Assembly: GCF_004010195.1 (NCBI RefSeq)
Contig: NC_057718.1
Span: 81,149,666 to 81,213,161, forward strand
DNA: 63,496 bases
Source: Chiloscyllium plagiosum
Lineage: Eukaryota
Reading direction: 5' to 3'
The translations under genes and the position numbers were made by a program. The notes beneath the pieces are model-generated. The model ran no database searches. It was given only the letters and a program-made list of their open reading frames with translations, and was not told the origin of the DNA. This document shows positions 13,801-25,949 of this stretch, piece after piece (position 1 is the first letter of the stretch; each line of letters opens with the position of its first letter).

Positions 13801-14339
13801 AGATTGGCAAAGTGATGATATAGAGCATCAGGACAGAATCAAATCAGTTTGGTTTTGTTGTGGTTTGCTTAAAAATTCGAAAAACCTGGTCCTGCTCTAA
13901 CAATTTTTGTCAAGTAATGTGTAATAACAACAGATAACTAAAGGCAGTGATCATCCTGGTGCTAATGACAATGTTACTTACGGTTTGGTTATTAAAATGA
14001 TGGAATATATAGAAACAGGTTTAGACCATTCAGCCCATTCTGCCTACGGCACCATCAGATCAGAGTTGACCAGTAGTTAATTTTTCACCTTTGTTTCATT
14101 TTACTTGAACTTACAAAAATCTATCAATCTCAGTTTTGGAAAATTCTGATTATTCTAATGTGCAAACCCTTGTGGGAGTTCCAAATTTTTTCTATATTTT
14201 GTGTCAAGGAAAGAATACTTCCTGTTTTTGCACCAAATTATCTAGCTCTAATTTTAGAATTATGTTCTTTTATTCTCAATTCTGCTACCAAAGCAAAATT
14301 CTTTTTCCCTGTTGACCAAACTTGATTTGGTTTTTTTTT

Positions 14340-15430
14340 AGGAAGATGATGATTGAGGGTAGTGCAGTAGATACTGTCTCATAGGCTTTACTGACGCATT
14401 TGAGAAGGTCCTTCATGGTGGAGTGGTCCAGAAGTTTGGGATCCAGGGTCATTTGGCAAAAATTGGCTTGCTTATAGAAGACAAAAGGTAGTTGTGGAGG
14501 GATGTTTTCTGACTGGAGATCTGTGGCAAGTGGTGCTCAGTAATGGGATCTGTTGTTTGTAATATATATCAGTGATTTCAATGAAAATATGTGGTCTGAT
14601 TAGTAAGTTTGCAAACGATATGAAAATTGGTGGAATTGTGGATAGTAAGGAAGGTTATCAAAGGATCCAGCAGGATATAGATCACTTGAAAAGTTGGGTG
14701 GAGAAATGGCACATAGAGTTTAATCTGAACAAGTGTGAGGTGATGTATTTTGGGAGGGCAAATGCGAGAAGACAGTTAATGGGAGGTCTCTGGCAGGGAA
14801 CATTGATATATGGAGGGACCTTGGGGCCCAAGTGCATTGCTGCCTGAAAGTGGAAACACAAATGAAAAAGTGGTAAAGAAGCCATACAGTATGTTTTTCT
14901 TCATCGGTCAGGGCTAGCCAGTCACTTTGCAACTGTATAAGACAGTAGTTAGGGCGCATTTCGAGTATTGTGTGCAGTTCTAGTCCCCATACTATTGGAA
15001 GAAGGTGCAGAAGAGGTTTATCAGGATGTTGACTGGATTGGAGTGTTTTAGCTCTAAGGAGAAGGTGCACAAACTTGGAGTTTTTGCGCTAAAGTGTCAT
15101 AGGCTGACCTGATAGAAGCATATAAAATTATGAGAAGCATGGCTAGAGTGGGTAGTCAGAGTCTTTTTCCAAGGGTGGAAATGTCACATACTCGGGATTT
15201 AAGGTGACAGGGGAGATGTGTGAGGAATATTCTTCTTACACAGAGGATGGGAGGCACCTGAAATGTGCTGCAGGGGAGGTGGTAGAAGCAGATACATTAG
15301 CAATGTTTCTGTGGTATTTACACAGACTCATGAACAGGCAGGGAATCTAGAGACACAGAGGCAGGCAGGTGGGATTAGGTCAGAATGGTGACATAGTAGG
15401 CCAAGAAGTATTTGTTTCTGTGTTGTAAGA
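14340..15430 (+). mobile_element. CR1-clade LINE, degenerate RT and 3' end
   Basis: ISKFANDMKIGGIVDS, WHIEFNLNKCEVM, CR1 tail. Confidence 0.85.
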
Positions 15431-15754
15431 AGAAAAATGGCGATGAGTCTGGGATTAAAAATAAGCAAAGAACTCAAAAGACACCATCGCTGCTCTGAAA
15501 CAGGTACAGTCAGTAAAAAGAAAAGTGCTCCAACGAAGAGGTGTACAGTGCAGAAGTAGCTCAACACATGCTCCCGCCAAAGCAACACTAAGTAACAAGT
15601 ACCTGGAGGGAAATGTTTTACATTAAGGATGTAGGCTCAAAAGAAACAGGCTGCCTCCAGAATACCTTATTTTAAATGGGAAGAAGCAAGGTAGTGAAAA
15701 AATGTTTGTGGCACATTGTACTATATTGGCTGTTTTTATTTTTTAAAAATCGGT

Positions 15755-16060
15755 TCCAGCCTCGAGCAATTGTCTGTGTGGAGTTTGTGCATTTTCCCAG
15801 TGTCTGCAAAGGTTTGCCCCAGATGCTCCGGTTTCCTCTCCTTTTCTCCCATCGTCCAAAGATGTGCTGGTTAGGTGGATTGGTCATGCTAAATTGTCCA
15901 TAGTGTCCAGGGATGTGCAGGCTGGATGGATTAGCCATGAGGAATGCACGATTACCAGGAGAGGGGGTGGTCTGGATGGGATGCTGTTCAGAGGGTTGAT
16001 GTGGATTCAGTGGGCCAAATGACCTGCTTCCACACTATTGGGATTTTATGATTCTGTGAT
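15755..16060 (+). mobile_element. HE1-type SINE, head truncated
   Basis: V-domain gtgtggagtttg...ctccggtttcctc...tccaaagatgtgc. Confidence 0.8.
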
Positions 16061-17069
16061 ATCTATGAGAGGTAATTTTGACACATATGACAGTATGATG
16101 AAAATATGGAGAGCTGGAACTCTGACCACAAAGCGATTCCATTATTTTCTTCAAGCTAACAAAATTGAAGCACAGATATAGTTGTTTTTAACATTCCTGA
16201 GTATTATGGGAGAAAAAGCTTTCAGCTATCTGAGGAGTCCGATACATTCAGAGAAGCTGAGTTCCAAAACTTGAGAAATAGGAGGAATCCTGCAGAAATC
16301 ATTTTCACCAAAACCATTCGTGATTTCTGACTGGTTCAGATTCCATAAATGCAACTGGCATGATGTTGAATCTACTCCTACCTTGTAGCAATTTTAAAGA
16401 ACTTAGTCGAATACTGCTAATTTGGAGACAACTTAAATGATGCTGTCAGAGACTGGTATGTGGTTTAAGATGTGAAGGAATTTCAACTTAAAGCATTGGA
16501 AATCATAGTTTCAATGGACCTAGCAGCCAAGGAAACTTTGCAGTTAAGCACAAGCATTCGAATGCACAAAATGGCGACTTAAGCATTCACAAGATGGCAC
16601 CTGAGAGACATGCACCAACACAGAAATTGAACTGCCATTGATGTGGAAAAAACAGATTCTGCAGCAGCAAATTGCTGGTATACAGAAGTTGGAATGCAAA
16701 AACTACAGTAAAAAAGAACACATTGAATGGGTATGTTTCAGAAAGAAACATGAATAACATAGAGCAAAAGTACAGAAACTAAAAAGTCGGAAGAAAATCT
16801 ACATGATACAGAAAGGACGTGAGGAAAATCTAGACTCAGTCTGAAGAGGAGTTGTTATTAAAAATATTGGTGGTTGCTGGTGACACCAACCAATACTGGG
16901 TTGCTCTCTGACTGAGTGGCAAATCAGTAAGAATGGAGATGGATACCAGCTTGATGATTTTATTGATACCTGAAAGTGTGTATCAAAGGCAACTCAACAA
17001 CATTGTGCTGCAACCCTCAAAAATTGCACTAAGACTAGTTAAAGCAATGTTATGGATTGTATCAATGTG

Positions 17070-17352
17070 GGTGGCACAGTGGTCAGCACTGCTGCCTCAT
17101 AGTGCCAGAGACCCGGGTTCAGTTCCTGCCTCAGGCGACTGTGTGGAGTTTGCACATTCTCCCCGGGTGCTCCGGTTTCCTCCCACAGTCCAAACATGTG
17201 CAGGTCAGGTGAATTGGCCATGCTAACTTGCCCGTAGTGTTAGGGGAAGGTGTAAATATAGGGGAATAGGTCTGGGTGGGTTGCTTTTCGGAGGGTCGGT
17301 GTGGATTTGTTGGGCCAAAGGACCTGTTTCCACACTGTGTAATCTAATCTAA
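17070..17352 (+). mobile_element. HE1 V-SINE, near full length
   Basis: tRNA-like head gtggcacagtggt...gggttcagttcc, V-domain, (aatct)n tail. Confidence 0.9.
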
Positions 17353-18359
17353 AAAAATGTTCAGTGATACAGTTTGCCTGAAGATTTGTCCTTGTACATT
17401 ACCAAAAGGAATTTTCCAGCCTTATTGGGAAGAACAGGTTGCACAAAATCAAACTCAACTGGGCTGAAGTAAATTGTTTGTCAGATTTTGAGACATATCT
17501 ATCACAAATTCTAAAGAAGTATGCCATTATTTTCAATCGTGGTCTGAGAAGCTTGGAAAAGATCTGTGAAAATCAATGATGAGAATGAAGTAAAATGTTG
17601 CAAGGCCTAGGTAAGTGCCTTGTGCAATCAGACCAAATGTCCACTCAGAATAGAGGGGTAGATCAAGATGAAACTCCTTGAACCTGTAAATATGAGTGAT
17701 TGGGCTACACCTATCGTTCTAGTAGTAATGAAAGGTCTGAATCCGTGGTGATTTTAATGTCACTATTAAGTCCAGTGCCCTGTGCTGAGTAGTGTCCTTT
17801 GCCTTTAATCGAGAACATATTTGTTAGACTAGCTGCAAGTCAGCTCTTCAAATTTCCCAAAGGGAAAATTCCCTTTGGTAATTTGCAAGAACAAATCTTT
17901 AGATCAACCATATAACTGAACATTTACATTGAAACAGCCCCTAAAACCACTTCAACTGTGTATGTCCTTAGTCGAGACTTTTTCTGGATGAATATAGATT
18001 CTGAATCTCAGAAAGATTTGGCAATTTTAACCAGAAAGGACAATTCAAGTACAAGACACTTCCATTTGGAATCGTATTTGCACCTGCATTATTCCAACAG
18101 GCCATGGATCAGATTTTAATTGGATTGGGAGGAGTCCAGTGTTACCGAGGTAATATTTTAATCATGGAAGAATTGAGAAAGTGCATCTCCACAACTTAGA
18201 TGGTACTCTACAGAAACTTGTAGGTGTTTCCAAGAGTGCGGAAAGATAAATGTGAATTTTTAAAATAATTCCATTAAATATTTAAGTCATGCCATTGATG
18301 CTGTGGAACAAAAAAGTGCCCTTCAAGAGCAAAAGCTGTAACTGAGGGGCCAGCAGTCG

Positions 18360-18965
18360 CAACAGTAGGAAAAACAACAAAATGGCAAAGCATGACCCAA
18401 AGAAGCAAGAGGCAAAATGTGTTCTCATATTTATTTTGTCAAACAGCTGATTATAGTGCAGCACGTTTAGTTGAAACTGCAAGCTTTTGAACCACTAGCT
18501 AAAGTAGTTAAAGTACATTATTACTGAGAAATGAAATGTCTGCTGAAGGTAGCAAGAAGGAGAAGAACACCAAAGGGCCACAAAGATCTCCATCTGGGTG
18601 GTTCTTAATTTGCTCAGAACTTCATTCAAAAATCAAAGCTGTGTGTCCTGGTTTGTTTATTTATTGTTGATATAGCAAAGAGGCTTGATGAAATATGGAG
18701 TGCATACAGTGAAAAAGAGAAGGACCCATTCATTAGCAAAGCTTATAAACCTAAGAAGAAATCTGATAAGGAGGGAGACATGTTGTGACGATGATGATTA
18801 AATTGTTAATTTCTGTCAGTTTACTTGCAATGTAACTGAAAGCATTTAAACCCTGGCATGAATGTTGCAACCTTTTACGCTTGTAAGTTGTTGTGGAGAT
18901 AATCTAAGGCAAAATATCGCTTGAGTTTTAAACTGAACAGGCCTTTTTATAGTACTCACACTACA
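18360..18965 (+). pseudogene. HMGB: Processed HMGB-family pseudogene (HMGB1/3-like): ATG 18382, TAA 18799-18801, with 3' UTR
   Basis: MAKHDPKK/RGKMCSHIYFV; FEPLAKVVKVHYY*EMK; KKEKNTKGPQRSPSGWFLICSELHSKIKAVCPGL/VDIAKRLDEIWSAYSEKEKDPFISKA (HMG box B); short DDDD* acidic remnant; no introns; frameshifts and deletions. Confidence 0.85.
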
Positions 18966-19324
18966 ACAACAATTTGAAGTCTGTTATGCTTATGGGGCAC
19001 CATTGCTTGTTTTCCCATAGAAAATATTCCAATTCTTCTTAATTAGATCCAAACAAATGTCTATATTATACATTTCGTGTGCTCCATCTGCCATTATTTT
19101 GCTCTTTAGTTCATCTGTGTTGTTTTGTAACTTGTTTACTGCTATCTACAGAATTGATTGCACTTTTAATTTAATAACTCTCGGTTACTTCCCCTCCACT
19201 TCCATTGGATATTGGAAGCACAGTACCCTGGTTTTAAAATTCTTATTCTCATTTTCAAATCCTTCGATAACCTCTCCTTAACTGTGTAACTTCCCTTGAG
19301 TCCCATAATTCTTTTCTCATTCAG

Positions 19325-20040
19325 TCATCATTGACTGGCCAGCATTTGTTACCCGTCCTTATCACCTTTCCAAGGGAAACTGAGCTGCCTTCTTGTACTA
19401 CTGCAGTCTGTGTGCTGTCGATAGATTCATAATGCCATTGGGGAGGGAATTCCAGGATTTTGAGTGACTGTGAAGGAACAACGATATTTCCGAATCAAGA
19501 TGGTGAATGGCTTGGAGGGGAACTTGCAGGTGATGGTGTTCCCATATATAAGCTACCCTCACTTCGAGATGTAAGTGGTTTGAAAAGTGCTGTCGAAAGA
19601 TCTTTTGAATTCCTGCAGTGTATCTTGCAGATAGTACACACTGCTCTCCTGATAATAAGTGGTGGAGAGAAAGGATATTTCTGGATGCAGTGCTAATCAA
19701 GCAGGTTGGTTTGTCCTGGATAGTATCAAACTGATTGTGTTGTTGGAGCTGCACTCATCCAGACAAGTGGGGAGTATTCCATCATACTCCGTATTTATGT
19801 ATTGTTGATGGGAAAGCTTTGGGAGGGGAGTTACTCGCCACAGTTATTCCTTGCTTCTGACCTGCTCTTTGCAGTCACTTTACTTCCACACTCTTTATAT
19901 GGTTAATCCAATTCAGTTTATGGTCAGTGGTAACCCCCAGGATTTTGATAGTAGGGGTATTCAGTGATGGTAAAGTCATTGAATGTCAAAGGGTGGGGTT
20001 TAGGTCGTCTCTCATTGGAAATTGAAATTGCTTGACATTT
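19325..20040 (-). mobile_element. L2/CR1-group LINE 3' portion; related tail fragments at about 10370-10480, 21560-21710, 34260-34510, 38715-39015
   Basis: Minus peptide DTIQDKPTCLI...ILSLHH, typical of a non-LTR RT C-terminus; shared tail caataaatgctggcc...cccatgaatgaataaaa. Confidence 0.65.
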
Positions 20041-20657
20041 AGCAAAAATATAACCTTGTAAACCCTTTGTAGTCTCTGTGTTTTTTTAAATTCTGGGTCT
20101 CTTGCTAAATCCTATTTTAATTGGTCTTAGCGGTTAGACTTTCAGTTACCAATGCTCACGGCTATGGAATTCTCTTCCTAACCAATTGACACTCCCTTAC
20201 ACCTACTCCTTTCATCAAGCTTTTGGTCATTTGTCCTAATATCTCTTTAAATAGTTTGGTAACAGACAGTGTTAAACACTTCTGCTAAATGTCTTGAGAT
20301 TGTAGTGATTCTTGAGCAGGTTTGTCCTGAAATCTTCTACCATGTTAAGAATGGTTCTTTTATAAATGCATGTTATTGTTAGATAAAGCAATAGAGATTT
20401 GTATACTGGAATCATCAAAATATATGGTGATTAACCAAACAAATCTTAAACAATAATTACTTGTCAAATTCAGAAAATTAGAGACTTTCTGTGCTCAAAC
20501 TCTTTCACTTCTATGCTAAAATTTCCTAAACTATTCGAAAGTTTTTTGAGGTTTGAGTAAAATGTGAACTTTTTCATAATTATCTTTGAAGTGGTTTCAA
20601 TTGTCAACATCCAGTTTCAAGAACTTTTGTGATATTTTCTTTTTCTCTCTTAACTAG

Positions 20658-20774
20658 TTCAACTTTGTTGGAAGAATCCTTGGACCCAGAGGTCTAACAG
20701 CAAAACAGTTGGAAGCAGAGACAGGATGCAAGATTATGGTACGAGGAAAGGGCTCAATGAGGGACAAGAAGAAG
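20658..20774 (+). CDS. QKI: Internal coding exon of a Quaking (QKI) family STAR/KH RNA-binding protein, equivalent to mammalian exon 3
   Basis: Translates [39 protein letters not shown], matching the QKI KH domain (GPRG loop); polypyrimidine tract plus AG at 20656-57; donor AAG|GTGAGA; 117 nt, phase 0/0. Which QKI paralog cannot be resolved. Confidence 0.96.
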
Positions 20775-23152
20775 GTGAGACTGATGTAATTGGATAGCTT
20801 GAAATAGCGTTTCCTTCAATGCAAATGCTCACACGTCAGTTGTTATCTAGCTTCCAGTAAAGTTTAATCTTGGAAAAGTAATTATTTACATTGGTAAATA
20901 GCTTCTTATACTTAGCCAAATGAGAATATTTCCAATATGGGCCAAATAGATAAAAGCTTCAGGCTTAATGCTATGTGTTGTGTTTAACATAGCCTGTGAA
21001 TTAAGGTTGTGTCGTATATTAAGTTACCACTTCAGTGTGCTTGCTGAAGATGGAATATTTTGTTAGTCTTTGGTTTGTTTGATCTTTGACATAAATGCCA
21101 AGCATCAAAATACATCTTGCTAGTGGTTACTTGCACATCTTTCCACCTGATCAGAGGGGCAACTGTGATGCTTCTTAAGAATTCACTATTTATTATCCGA
21201 ATTTTTATGCTAACGTTGCAGTAATTAACTTGTCTGGTTGGGTAGAATGTGAGGATAGGTTATGCCATCCATTCCACCTTTGTTAAATTGCAAGGTTATT
21301 TGATTAATTCAAATAAGTAAATGAATATATCGGAAGGAATTGAAAAAAGTCAGGATAACTTTGCAAGGCATAGCTGTTGATGTGGAAATATTCATGGAAT
21401 GATTCTTCAAGGTTGAACAACAATGTGTTATCCTGGACATTTTGCTCATTTATCTTGGAGATCAAGCAAAATGCTTAACTGCAACTTGAGCAATAAAGGT
21501 TTGTGCAGAATTAAACAGTTGGGTGGTCACTGATCGTGGATAGTGTGCATGGTATAAAATAAGAAACCGGAACTCCCTCCCTAATGGCATTGTAGATCTA
21601 CCTACAGAATATGGTCTGCAACAGTTCAAGAAGGCAACCCTCAAGGGCAACTAAGAATGGGCAATAAGTGATTTAGCCAGTGGTGTCTGTATTCCATGAG
21701 TGAATAAAAATAATTGTTTTTTTTTACACCCAAGATGGGTGTAATACTGACTTGAGGTGGAATGTTTTTCCATTTGGATCTATTTGTTTGAAGCACAGTT
21801 AATTGCTTCCAAAATGTTTATTTTATGTAGCAATTCAATTTCTGTAAATCCTAATTCTTATTATAAAGATTATTTAAATCTCATGATTTCATGAACCTGG
21901 TTAGATTTGCCAGCAGGTTGTTTAAATTTAAATGCTGCTTGTGTTATTTGTTTTGCAATATCATTGATTCTGATTTGTAATAATTGATACACCAATCATA
22001 GGAAGCATCCAGATTATGCCTTGAAATGCAAAGATAATGGGCCAGATATTAAAATTCAAATTTTCGTTTGAGAAGAAAAAGCGGTGAATTTTTGTTAATT
22101 CTGTTTAGGGTACAAATATCTGAACGTAAATAAGTTGGCTTTTTGTAGGTTGATTTACAGTGTAAAACAAAATTATCTATGACCACACTTTAAATAAATT
22201 ACTTAAATTATTTGCAGATTTTTTTTGGATTGAAGGTTGGAATGCAGAGTCATGGCATTGTTACAGTGCAGCAGAAGGCCTTTGGGTGCATGTCTGCACC
22301 AGCTCGCCAAATGAACATCATGTCTTATTGCCATTCTCCTGCCCTCTCTCCATTGCTCTGCACACTATTTCTGTTGAAATAATTTGATGTCTTGGTGAAT
22401 ATCTGAATTGAGCCTGCCTCTATAACCCTTCTAATCAGCATGTCCCAATCTCAAACTACTTGATGTACAGAAAAGCCTTTTCTCGCATTATATCTATTTC
22501 TTTTGCGGATCATTTTAAATCTATGACCTGTTATTCTTGATCCTTTAATGAGTAGAAATAGTTTCTCCGTGCCTACTCTGTCCAGATCTGTCAAGATTTT
22601 GAAAACTTCAATCAAATCTCCTCTTAGCCTTTGTCTCTTCAGGAAGGATAAATTGGAGAAGTTGAGGTTTTCATCATAACTGACATTTCTCATCTCTGAA
22701 ACCATTCTGGTGGCTGTCTTTTGCTCTCTGACTAATGCATTCATAATCTTCAAAATGTCACAGTGCCTAAAACTGTGAAGTGATTCAACCCTGGTTTAAC
22801 TAGTGCGTTATAAATGGTCAGAATGACCAATCTCTGCTCCTGCTGTTACTAAAGCCTCGGATACATGTGAACAAGGATCAAGAATAGGCCACTTAGTAAA
22901 TTACTGCTTATCTCCAATAATCTTCTATCATCTGGGTGATCAAGAACCTTTATCTTAAAAATATTTAAATGATACCTTTGATGACATGTATGCACCCTTT
23001 AGAATAGCATCCTATATTTTCTCCTGCCTCTCCACGCTCAGACAATCAAGATGTATTATCTCTCACTGCTCTGCATTAAAATGCATCTATCACCTATCTG
23101 TTCAGTCTACCACCATGTCATTTTTCTTCTGAAGTTTTACATGATCCTCCAT

Positions 23153-23460
23153 GGATGGCACACTGGTTAGCACTGCTGCCTCTCAGCACCAGGCTTGGGT
23201 GACTGTCTGTATGGAGTTTGCATGTTTTTTCTGTGTCTGCGTGGGTTTCTGTCGGGTGCTCAGGCTTCTTCCCACAGTCGACAGATATGCAGCTTAGGTC
23301 GATAGCCATGCTAAATTATCCCATATTATGTTTGGATGTGCAGGCTAGGTGGATTAGCCATGGCAAATGTGATAGAATGGGTCTGAGTGAGCTATTCTTT
23401 AGAGTGGCGGTACAGAATTGATGGGCCAAATGGCGTCTTTGTTGGGGATTCTAAGATTCC
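23153..23460 (+). mobile_element. HE1-type SINE
   Basis: ggcacactggttagcactgctgcctctcagcacc head plus V-domain. Confidence 0.85.
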
Positions 23461-24084
23461 TCGCAATTTACAATGTTTTCATGTTTTGTGTCATCTGAAA
23501 ACTTTGAAATTGTCCCCTGCACTCCAATCCTGTTTCCTATCATTCAGTCAATTTTTGTGTCCACATTATTACTGACCTGTTATTCCACGAGCTAAAACTT
23601 CGCTCACAAGTTTGCTTTGTGGCATTATATCAAATGCTTTTTTGTAAGTCCATGTACAACACTGACAGTTTTAGCCTCATCAACCCTTTCTCTTACCAAT
23701 TCAAAGCATCTCAACAAGTTAGTTATTCATGGTTTTCCTGAAATAAATTCTGGCTGGCTCTCCTTAATTTATACACATTTTTCCATGTGACTGTTATTTC
23801 TGTCCTGAATTATTGTTCCCCTTCCATTGAAGGTAGACTGAGTGGCCTGTAGTTGCTGGGCTTATCATTGTATCTTTCATGCAAAAGGTATACTGGTTTA
23901 CCAGTCCTCTGACACTATTCCCAAATTTGGGGAGTCTAAAATTGTGCCATTGCATTTTCCCATCTCTCTTCTCCTAATATCACTGGATGCATCTCATCTG
24001 GTCCAGTTTTCTTATCAATTCTAAATACCAACTACTTATGCAATGCCATAGATTTTGAACCGTTTTTGTGACCAAGGTTTTTTT

Positions 24085-24418
24085 ACAGAATTCCTACAAT
24101 GTGGAAACAGGCCAATTGGCCCAACAAGTCCACAATGACGCTCCAGAGTCACCCAGACCCATTCCTCTACCTGTATTACTCTACATTTACTCCTGACTAA
24201 TGTACCTAACCACACATTCCCAAACACTATGAGCAATTTAAGATGGCCAATTCACCTAAACTACACATCTTTGGATTGTGGGAGGAAACCGGAGCACCAG
24301 AAGAAACCCGTGCAGACACTAGGAGTATGTGCAAACTCCACACAGACAGTCACCTGGGGCTGGAATAGAATCTGGGTCCCTGGTGCTGTTAGGCAGCAGT
24401 GCTAATCACTGAGCCATC
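24085..24418 (-). mobile_element. HE1-type SINE
   Basis: Reverse complement of the HE1 head and V-domain. Confidence 0.88.
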
Positions 24419-24967
24419 TCTTCTGTCACCATGACCGAGTAACATCTTCCTTTAAAAGATTCAGTAAAATATTTGACACCTCAGCCATGTCTCTTGCCTC
24501 CATGTGTATATCTCCTTTGTGGTTTCTAACTGGCCCTATTCCTTCTTTTTCCGTCCTTTTATTATTTTTGTTCCTACAGAGGCTTTGGGATTCTCTGTGT
24601 TAGCTGCCAGTCTTTTATCATAATGTACCTTTGCTGCTCCCTTTTATTTTTTCACCTCACTCCTGAAAATTTTGAGTTCAATTTTATTTTTTATTGTAGT
24701 TTCTACCAGCCATCTGTCATAAGCATGCTTTCTCCTCTTTATCTTACTTTATTTTTTTTTTGTCCAGAGTTCTCTGGATTTGTATGTTGTAATTACCTCT
24801 TTTGAGGAAATGTATCTTAACTGTAGTGGAACCATCTCCTTATTGGAGGTAGTCAAAAAGTGTGGTACTGAAAAAGCACAGCCAGTCAGGTAGCATCCGA
24901 GGAGCAGGAGAGTCAACATTTCGACCGTAAATTTTTGAGGAGAAAGTGAGGTCTGCAGATGCTGGAG

Positions 24968-25377
24968 ATCAAAGTTGAAACTTTATTGCTGGAACAGCAC
25001 AGCAGGTCAGGCAGCATCCAGGGAACAGGAGATTCGACGTTTCGGGCACAGGCCCTTCTTCAGGAATGAGCAGAGAGTGTTCAGCAGGAGAAGATAAAAG
25101 GTAGGGAGGAGGGACTTGGAGGAGGGGCGTTGGAAATGTGATAGGTGGAAAGAGGTCAAGGTGAGGGTGATAGGTCGGAGTAGGATGGAGCTCTTTCCAC
25201 CTATCACATTTCCAACGCCCCTCCTCCAAGTCCCTCCTCCCTACCTTTTATCTTCTCCTGCTGAACACTCTCTGCTCATTCCTGAAGAAGGGCCTGTGCC
25301 CGAAACGTCGAATCTCCTGTTCCCTGGATGCTGCCTGACCTGCTGTGCTGTTCCAGCAATAAAGTTTCAACTTTGAT
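24968..25377. repeat. 187-bp inverted repeat with 36-nt loop (PLE terminal repeat fold-back)
   Basis: Arms 24968-25154 and 25191-25377 appear to be perfect reverse complements; mirrored ORFs appear in the track. Confidence 0.95.
25278..25313 (+). ncRNA. Minimal type-I hammerhead ribozyme motif (mirror copy 25032-25067, minus strand)
   Basis: ATTC-CTGAAGA-A-GGGC(ctgt)GCCC-GAAA-C-GTC-GAAT: stem I AUUC/GAAU, CUGANGA and GAAA core, stem II, GUC triplet. Confidence 0.7.
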
Positions 25378-25949
25378 ATCCAAATGAATCCAACAAGAAC
25401 TGGACCAAGCATATGTGGTACTCATAATCTTCTTCATCCTAAGTATACGCATGATTTTACTACAACTGCTAAGTATTTCATCAGTAATATTTTCAGCAAC
25501 ATAACACAAAACATCGCAGATAAGAAAAACTGCAGCATATTAACATGCCAAATTTCCCCTAAAGTAAATGCATTAAAATTCCATCAAATTTGACAATATT
25601 GTTATGTATTTGGCTTTAAGGGGTTAACACGTAGGGGGTTCCATACAACAGCCAAGCAGGGTGAGATCAATAGTTGTGATGTTGAGAAGATATGCTCTTC
25701 TTCATTAGGGTAAATAAAACCACAGAAAGTAGACAAAATCAAACACAAAATATTGCTGAGGAAAGGAGTGAACAAAGACAGAAATGGGAACTATTTAAAT
25801 GTAAATCTATGATTCGCTCCAGTAATAATATCTAACAATATTCAATATCTAGGATCATACCAAAAGAGTACTTTGAAGTATTAAAGGGATTTTCTGCTAT
25901 CTAGTGATCTCTGAGGCATGAAGTTTCCCTTTCTTGATATGTGCAAGAT

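Larger units (their letters stand above)
15438..18355 (+). mobile_element. Ty3/Gypsy LTR-retrotransposon internal region, degenerate (PBS-like, gag, two zinc knuckles, protease, RT), truncated after RT; contains two HE1 SINEs
   Basis: TGGCGATGAG PBS-like at 15438; gag FHYFLQANKI, TFLSIMGEKAFSYLRS, FRFHK, EYC*FGDNLND; CxxC knuckles about 16633-16737; protease MEMDTS at 16933; RT WATPIV, GDF, PLPLIENIF, KYKTLPFGI..APALFQQAMDQIL, DKCEF, KCPSRAKAVTEGPA. Confidence 0.88.
22240..24830 (-). mobile_element. Old CR1-like LINE fragments, interrupted by two HE1 SINEs
   Basis: Minus ORF RQRLRGDLIEVFKIL; degraded RT segments at about 23460-24830. Confidence 0.7.

Noticed and set aside
18768..18790. aaggagggagaca-TGTTGTG as a Gypsy PPT plus 3' LTR start
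   Set aside because: The sequence after it fits the HMGB acidic-tail end and 3' UTR better, and no matching 5' LTR is visible; not fully excluded.
24969..25376. Two near-identical 86-aa ORFs on opposite strands
   Set aside because: Consequence of the inverted repeat, not a gene pair.
25370..25440. Minus-strand tag|DEEDYEYHICLVQFLLDSFGY as a captured exon
   Set aside because: No polypyrimidine tract and no protein I recognise; worth a BLASTX only.
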